Below are positions 59,137 through 64,000 of a DNA stretch of 64,000 bases, one piece after another. Both the position numbers and the translations under genes were made by a program. The first letter of the stretch is position 1, and every line of letters begins with the position of its first letter. Origin of the DNA: Deltaproteobacteria bacterium (GTDB lineage: Bacteria; JAGRBM01; JAHCIT01); NCBI GenBank assembly GCA_026129095.1, contig JAHCIT010000003.1, forward strand, positions 248,001 to 312,000. Reading direction: 5' to 3'. The notes under the pieces are model-generated. The model saw nothing but the letters and a program-made list of their open reading frames with translations, did no database searches and had not been told where the DNA came from.

Positions 59137-59811
59137 TCATGGCCCCCCCGGACCGGCTATCCGGTTTACACTGTCCACGACCCAGAAAACTCCCTCGGTT
59201 TTCCAGCCGGAAGGATCACTCAGCGTGTAAGCGACCTCATAGGTATTGGGCATCAGCGGATTACGTGAAAGCCCGCCATTCAGCTTGTGTCCCGGCGGGC
59301 AGTCGGGATGGGTATCGCTGAATGGAGTGGGAACACAGTTGGGCAAACCCTGCTGGTCCTTGCGCTCCGGGCTGCACACCCCCCAGAACTGCATCTCCAG
59401 CGTGTAACCGTGAAGAACCGCTCCTTCCTCGATTCCGCCGGGAGGGTCCATCATGTTTTCCACGACCGTGCCGGCGTCCATCTTGTCATAGCTCGCAGGC
59501 TCCGCATCAGTCGTGCAGGTATACGCCGTATCGACACCGATGGAATCCAGATAGGCCCTGGGCACGTTCTGGAGCTGCCCGATCCGGTCCTGGAGCGCTG
59601 CTACAGCCGTTGTCAGGTAGTAGGTCTGCTGGTTCTGCTTGACGGCGAGGTCCGACATGCCAATCACACCGAGCACGCCGATAATGAAAATGGCCGATGC
59701 CGCCAGCAGTTCGATCAGTGAGAAACCACCGGAACGCTCACGCCGCCATCGTGCATTTTTCCGGTCCGGCTGAGTCTTCATCTTGGTCAACACTCCCTGC
59801 AGAAGGCGCAA
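59137..59811 (-). CDS. pilV: PilV-like minor pilin
   Basis: G|FSLIELLAASAIFIIGVLG; position in the cluster. Confidence 0.75.
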   Translation of the reverse strand: MRLLQGVLTKMKTQPDRKNARWRRERSGGFSLIELLAASAIFIIGVLGVIGMSDLAVKQNQQTYYLTTAVAALQDRIGQLQNVPRAYLDSIGVDTAYTCTTDAEPASYDKMDAGTVVENMMDPPGGIEEGAVLHGYTLEMQFWGVCSPERKDQQGLPNCVPTPFSDTHPDCPPGHKLNGGLSRNPLMPNTYEVAYTLSDPSGWKTEGVFWVVDSVNRIAGPGGP

Positions 59812-59820
59812 AAAATCGCG

Positions 59821-60519
59821 CTACTTCATGTAGATTTCCCACGTTCCGTTTTCGAAGCCGTAGACCACCGTCCGGCCGTTCTGGCGCATGACAATGGACC
59901 GGCCCATGTAATCCAGCGGAACTCCCTCATTCATGATCCGCAAGAACAGGGCGTCGGTCAGGGGCGTGACCTGGTTGACAAGGCCGCCTCCCCCAAATGC
60001 AACGGCGTTCGCGGGGTCCGGTGCACTGGGGATTTCGAAATTGACTCCATCGGCCTCGGGCACATGCGCCACCCCGTCATTGGGACCGGTTCCGTTGGGG
60101 CTTCCGAATTCGATCCAGCGTGAACTGTTGCAGCCCGCCGTATTGAGCGACGTGGTCGTGCATGCCTCATCCGCGTCGATCTGCAGGTTGCCGTTGCGGT
60201 CAACCACGCGCACATAGGCCCGGTTGTTCGGCTTGATACCGCCAGCGCCATCGCATTCGTACCCGAACCAGAACACCACGTTCCATGAATTCGCCCGCGC
60301 ACTGCTGCGGGCCGCCGACAGTTCGCCGGCAATCAGACGCGTGTATTCGCTCAGTGCAGCCGGACACCGGTTCGACGTATATGCCGTGCCGACGGCAGCC
60401 ATGATCGCGATAATGGCCACCACAACCATCAGCTCGATCAGCGTCATTCCGCTCTCGCTCCGGCGGCATGCCCCCCGGCGGCTGGGCTTCCTGGTAGAAC
60501 CTGAAAACTGCATCTCCAC
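59821..60519 (-). CDS. fimU: FimU/FimT-like minor pilin
   Basis: G|MTLIELMVVVAIIAIMAA, ELSAARSSA and a DRNGNLQIDADE loop typical of GspH/FimT domains. Confidence 0.8.
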   Translation of the reverse strand: MEMQFSGSTRKPSRRGACRRSESGMTLIELMVVVAIIAIMAAVGTAYTSNRCPAALSEYTRLIAGELSAARSSARANSWNVVFWFGYECDGAGGIKPNNRAYVRVVDRNGNLQIDADEACTTTSLNTAGCNSSRWIEFGSPNGTGPNDGVAHVPEADGVNFEIPSAPDPANAVAFGGGGLVNQVTPLTDALFLRIMNEGVPLDYMGRSIVMRQNGRTVVYGFENGTWEIYMK

Positions 60520-60585
60520 GCTACTCTTCCCTAGACCCGCCCGTCTTCCCGGGCATAAAGACCTGTGAACGGATGTTAATTGCCA

Positions 60586-60601
60586 AGCAATGACCGTTCC
60601 G
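60586..60601 (-). promoter_or_regulatory. Sigma54 (-24/-12) promoter of the minor pilin operon
   Basis: Minus strand reads CGGAACGGTCATTGCT against the consensus TGGCACGNNNNTTGCW, with correct GG-N10-GC spacing. Confidence 0.7.
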
Positions 60602-60616
60602 CCAGGTCGATGTTGC

Positions 60617-60629
60617 TAACTCATTGAAT
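60617..60629 (-). promoter_or_regulatory. Putative IHF site
   Basis: ATTCAATGAGTTA against WATCAANNNNTTR (1 mismatch), in AT-rich DNA just upstream of the sigma54 site. Confidence 0.5.
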
Positions 60630-60755
60630 TTAAAGGATAAATTATGTCGCGGAGCGTTATTTAATACCGAATTTCCAGGTATGTATGCAGCATCGTCCGA
60701 CTACAGTTGCGCCGCGGAGTGCAAAGATTGCGCGATTCAAGTGCGCGGCGCGTCA

Positions 60756-62198
60756 TCAGCCCTCTCCCCGCATGCGCTGGAGCTTATATAAAAGCGTCCG
60801 ATTGGCGATCCCCAGTATCTTCGCCGCCTGCGCGCGATTCCCTCGCGCCTTGTCGAGTGCTCGCCGGATGAACAGTTCCTCGATCGTTTCCACCGCCCTC
60901 GGTATCGAAAGGTCCGTACCGAAATTGATGACGATCGCACCCTCCTGGTCAGCCGGGCTTGCCCCACCCGGCAGCGCGGCCGGAACTTCCGCAGCCGGAG
61001 CAGCCACAGAACGCGCGAACGGGAGGTCGGACTCGGTGATCATGTCACCTTCACACAGCACGACAGCCCGTTCGATGGAGTTTTCGAGTTCGCGCACGTT
61101 GCCGGGCCAGCCGTAGCGCCGCAGGGCATCCTCCACCCCAGGGGCGAATCCGTTAATCAGCCGGCCGTGCCGTGTGCTGAATTTTTCAAGGAAGTGGGCC
61201 GCGAGCGGCATGATGTCGCCCCGCCGCTCCCGAAGCGGCGGAATCCGGATCGGGAACACATTGAGCCGGTAGTAGAGATCGTCCCGGAACCGGCCCGCCG
61301 CCACTTCGTCCTCCAGGTTTTTCAGCGTGGCGGCGATGATCCGGACATTGATCTTGCGCGGCTGGGTATCGCCAACCCTGCGTATCTCTTCCTCCTGGAG
61401 TACACGGAGCAGCTTGACCTGGAGCATCGGTGGCAGTTCGCCGATTTCGTCCATGAAAAGCGTGCCGTTGCTGGCTTCTTCGAAAAGTCCTGTCTTGTCA
61501 CGAACGGCATCGGTAAACGCACCCTTGACGTGTCCGAAGAACTCGCTCTCCAGCAGGTTCTCTGGAATCGCGCCGCAATTGACCGCCACGAACGGCCCGC
61601 TCCGCCTGTCCGACATCTCGTGAATGGCCCGGGCGATCATTTCCTTTCCGGTACCGGATTCACCCAGCAGAAGCGCCGTCGTCTTGTATTTTGCCACCCG
61701 TTCCACCGTCGCCATGACGGATTTCATTTCGGGGCTGATGACGATCATCGAACGGGTAAGGTCAGCCGGCTGCATGCCCGGACCGGCGGGCGGCACGGTA
61801 GAGACGTTTGCACGCTTCCGGGCCTCGGCCTTCTTGACCACCAGCAGGATTTCCTCGGCCCGGAACGGTTTTGAAATATAATCGTGTGCGCCGAGCCGCA
61901 TGGCCTCGTTCATCTGGTCGTTTCCGCCGTAGGCGGTGATCATGATAACGGTCGCGCGAATCCGCTCGTCCCGGATCCGGCGCAGCATCTCCAGCCCGTC
62001 CATCTGCGGCATCCGGAAATCGCTGATGATGAGATCATATGGCCGTTTCCGCAGCGCATCGAGAGCGTCGGCGCCGTTGGCGACCGCATCCACCTCGTAG
62101 CCCTGCTTCTTCAGCACGGCTCCCAGCATGATCCGGATATTCTCCTCGTCGTCCACGACGAGAATCCGTGTATGAGCCTGGCTGGCGGCGTTCGCCAT
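60756..62198 (-). CDS. Sigma54-dependent response regulator (REC-AAA+-Fis HTH), PilR2-like
   Basis: REC domain, GESGTGKE, ESEFFGHVKGAFTDA, MDEIGEL, RFRDDLYYRL, WPGNVRELEN and an HTH motif. Confidence 0.93.
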   Translation of the reverse strand: MANAASQAHTRILVVDDEENIRIMLGAVLKKQGYEVDAVANGADALDALRKRPYDLIISDFRMPQMDGLEMLRRIRDERIRATVIMITAYGGNDQMNEAMRLGAHDYISKPFRAEEILLVVKKAEARKRANVSTVPPAGPGMQPADLTRSMIVISPEMKSVMATVERVAKYKTTALLLGESGTGKEMIARAIHEMSDRRSGPFVAVNCGAIPENLLESEFFGHVKGAFTDAVRDKTGLFEEASNGTLFMDEIGELPPMLQVKLLRVLQEEEIRRVGDTQPRKINVRIIAATLKNLEDEVAAGRFRDDLYYRLNVFPIRIPPLRERRGDIMPLAAHFLEKFSTRHGRLINGFAPGVEDALRRYGWPGNVRELENSIERAVVLCEGDMITESDLPFARSVAAPAAEVPAALPGGASPADQEGAIVINFGTDLSIPRAVETIEELFIRRALDKARGNRAQAAKILGIANRTLLYKLQRMRGEG

Positions 62199-62203
62199 GG
62201 TGT

Positions 62204-63724
62204 CTACCGCTCCGCCACCGGCAGGCGCATCAGGAATACCGTGCCTTCGGGAGAACTGCGCTCGACCTGGAGACTGCCGCCGTGAGCCTCCACAAGCCGT
62301 GCCGATATGGCGAGGCCCAGCCCGGTCCCTTTGCCCGGCTCCTTGGTCGTGAAAAACGGATCAAAAATCTTCACCAGATCCTCCTGCCGGATTCCGCTCC
62401 CATGGTCTCTAACCCGTGCCTCGACCCAGCGGCCATCCTGTGAATCGGAAATCCGGATGTCGAGACGGCCGCCTGACCCCATTGCGTCGGCCGCATTCAG
62501 CATCAGGTTGATGAAAACCTGTTCGATCTGTCCGGGCTCACCGGCAACGCGGCTGCTGGAACTGCAGCTATAGTCCACCGTAATACCATCGAACAACCCG
62601 CGGCCCCGGCACAGTTCCACCGCCTGCGCGGCAACCTGACCCGGTTCGAACCGCAAATCCCCGCGGGAACCGGCCCGCGCATAGTCCAGCAGCCCCCGGA
62701 TGATCCGGTCGGTCCGTGCCAGTTCGTCCTGCATCCGCCTGACGATATCGGCACGGGCGGCCGGTTCCAGTGTCTCGTCATCCAGAAGTTCCGCAAAACC
62801 GGTCAGCGCGGCAAGCGGGTTTCCGACCTCATGGGCAATCCCCGCCGCCAGCCGCCCGATGCCGGCCAGCTTTTCGGCCTGAATTGTCTCGTCACGTGCC
62901 TGCCTTATGGCCTGGTTGGCCTGCTCCAGTTCCTGCATCCGCCGGCCCAGTTCGGCGCTCTTTGTTTCCAGGGCCGCCGTCATCACGTTGAACTGTGCCG
63001 ACAGCTCACCCAGTTCGCGGCAGGTCCGCTCATTCACCCGGACCCCGAAATCACCCGCCTCGACCCGCCGCATCGATCCGATCATGCGTGCAAGGGGGTT
63101 TTCCACGAGGGTGCGGAGCCGCCACCAGCCCAGCCCCGTCAGCAGCACCACCAGCGCAACGAGATAGGCAAGCAGCCAGGGGCTCCGCAGGTCACCGAAG
63201 AATGCGGGTTCCCTCGGGTGTCCCCACATTACGATCATACGCGCAGGGCGGCGGGCTTCGTCATGTCCGGCAAAGGCGACCGCATGAAACGGGATGGGCG
63301 ACCACCACGGGCCGATACGCAACGGTGGCGTGGGACAGTCGCCGGTGCGAAAGCAGATTTCGCCGTCGGCGGCGAAATCCTGGACTTCATCCCGCGGAGC
63401 ACCGCCGCCGGACAGATGGTTCCGTTCCCCCGCCCGGTACCATGCCCAGCCGCGAACCAGCCCTTCGTCCAGGGCCGGGCCCAGCAGGAGCTTGATCCGT
63501 TCACGGGGAGGCCGGCCAGCCAGTTCGTCCTCATGCACGGAGGCCGCCACCGTCGCCGCCAGCGTCGTGGCCTCGGCGTGATCGCGCCGTACATTCGAGC
63601 GGTAAAGGACTATTGTCAGCACCCCGACGACGAGAAACAGGATGAGCAGCAGCAGCCAGCCCAGTTCCAGAAGAACATGGTCGGCCAGCGGCCGGTTCCG
63701 GTCGCGCTCGCGTCCCCAGTTCAC
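62204..63724 (-). CDS. HAMP-domain sensor histidine kinase, PilS2-like
   Basis: Two TM segments, [48 protein letters not shown]. Confidence 0.93.
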   Translation of the reverse strand: MNWGRERDRNRPLADHVLLELGWLLLLILFLVVGVLTIVLYRSNVRRDHAEATTLAATVAASVHEDELAGRPPRERIKLLLGPALDEGLVRGWAWYRAGERNHLSGGGAPRDEVQDFAADGEICFRTGDCPTPPLRIGPWWSPIPFHAVAFAGHDEARRPARMIVMWGHPREPAFFGDLRSPWLLAYLVALVVLLTGLGWWRLRTLVENPLARMIGSMRRVEAGDFGVRVNERTCRELGELSAQFNVMTAALETKSAELGRRMQELEQANQAIRQARDETIQAEKLAGIGRLAAGIAHEVGNPLAALTGFAELLDDETLEPAARADIVRRMQDELARTDRIIRGLLDYARAGSRGDLRFEPGQVAAQAVELCRGRGLFDGITVDYSCSSSSRVAGEPGQIEQVFINLMLNAADAMGSGGRLDIRISDSQDGRWVEARVRDHGSGIRQEDLVKIFDPFFTTKEPGKGTGLGLAISARLVEAHGGSLQVERSSPEGTVFLMRLPVAER

Positions 63725-64000
63725 AGCAACCTCTGCATCAGGTTGACCATCCCCAGCCGGAGCAGCAGTTCGATCTTCCCGCCGCCCAGAAACACCACAA
63801 AGGTTCCAGCGGCCAGGTACGGACCGAACGGTATCTCGGTAAACCGGCCAGCCCGGCCTGTGGCAATGAGCACCAGCGCCACGACGAAACCGGTCAGCGA
63901 CGCAGCCAGAATGGCCACGCAGACGCCGAGTGGCCCCAGCAGCGCGCCTGCCAGCGCCATCAGCTTGACGTCCCCCATGCCAAGCCCCTCACGGCCGGTC
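63721..64000 (-). CDS. pilD: Prepilin peptidase, C-terminal part (5' end lies outside the window)
   Basis: GLGMGDVKLMALAGALLG...EIPFGPYLAAG. Confidence 0.9.
   Translation of the reverse strand, partial: TGREGLGMGDVKLMALAGALLGPLGVCVAILAASLTGFVVALVLIATGRAGRFTEIPFGPYLAAGTFVVFLGGGKIELLLRLGMVNLMQRLL

Overview
GC-rich bacterial chromosomal window whose gene content and order look deltaproteobacterial (Myxococcota/Desulfobacterota-like; this is inferred, not a database result). From left to right: (1) a minus-strand chemosensory operon (HEAT-repeat protein, cheR, cheY, cheA, cheW, and an MCP cut by the window edge); (2) tsaC, a DUF1015 gene and tRNA-Glu(TTC), then an intergenic region with two arrays of 10-bp-periodic GTGG(T/C)G boxes; (3) glutathione peroxidase, an esterase and an HTTM two-gene module; (4) mfd, three parvulin/SurA PPIases and pdxA; (5) trxA, hemerythrin, a REC-REC-PilZ protein, an M42/M20 peptidase, a GlpC-like Fe-S protein and an SSS symporter; (6) two back-to-back respiratory complex I operons spanning about 25 kb; (7) a type IV pilus locus (pilD, sensor kinase, sigma54 regulator, fimU-pilV-pilW-pilX-pilY1) with a recognisable sigma54/IHF/UAS promoter. 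The most striking signal is the complex I pair. Operon 1 (nuoABCDHI-JKLMN) has no NADH module. Its NuoL carries an exact 26-codon duplication in the amphipathic helix, the hallmark of '2M' four-antiporter complexes, yet the operon has only one nuoM. Operon 2 (nuoABCDEFGHJKLMN) lacks nuoI. Each operon therefore lacks something the other encodes, which suggests subunit sharing or a modular complex I. No integrase, intact transposase, rRNA or CRISPR array was seen.
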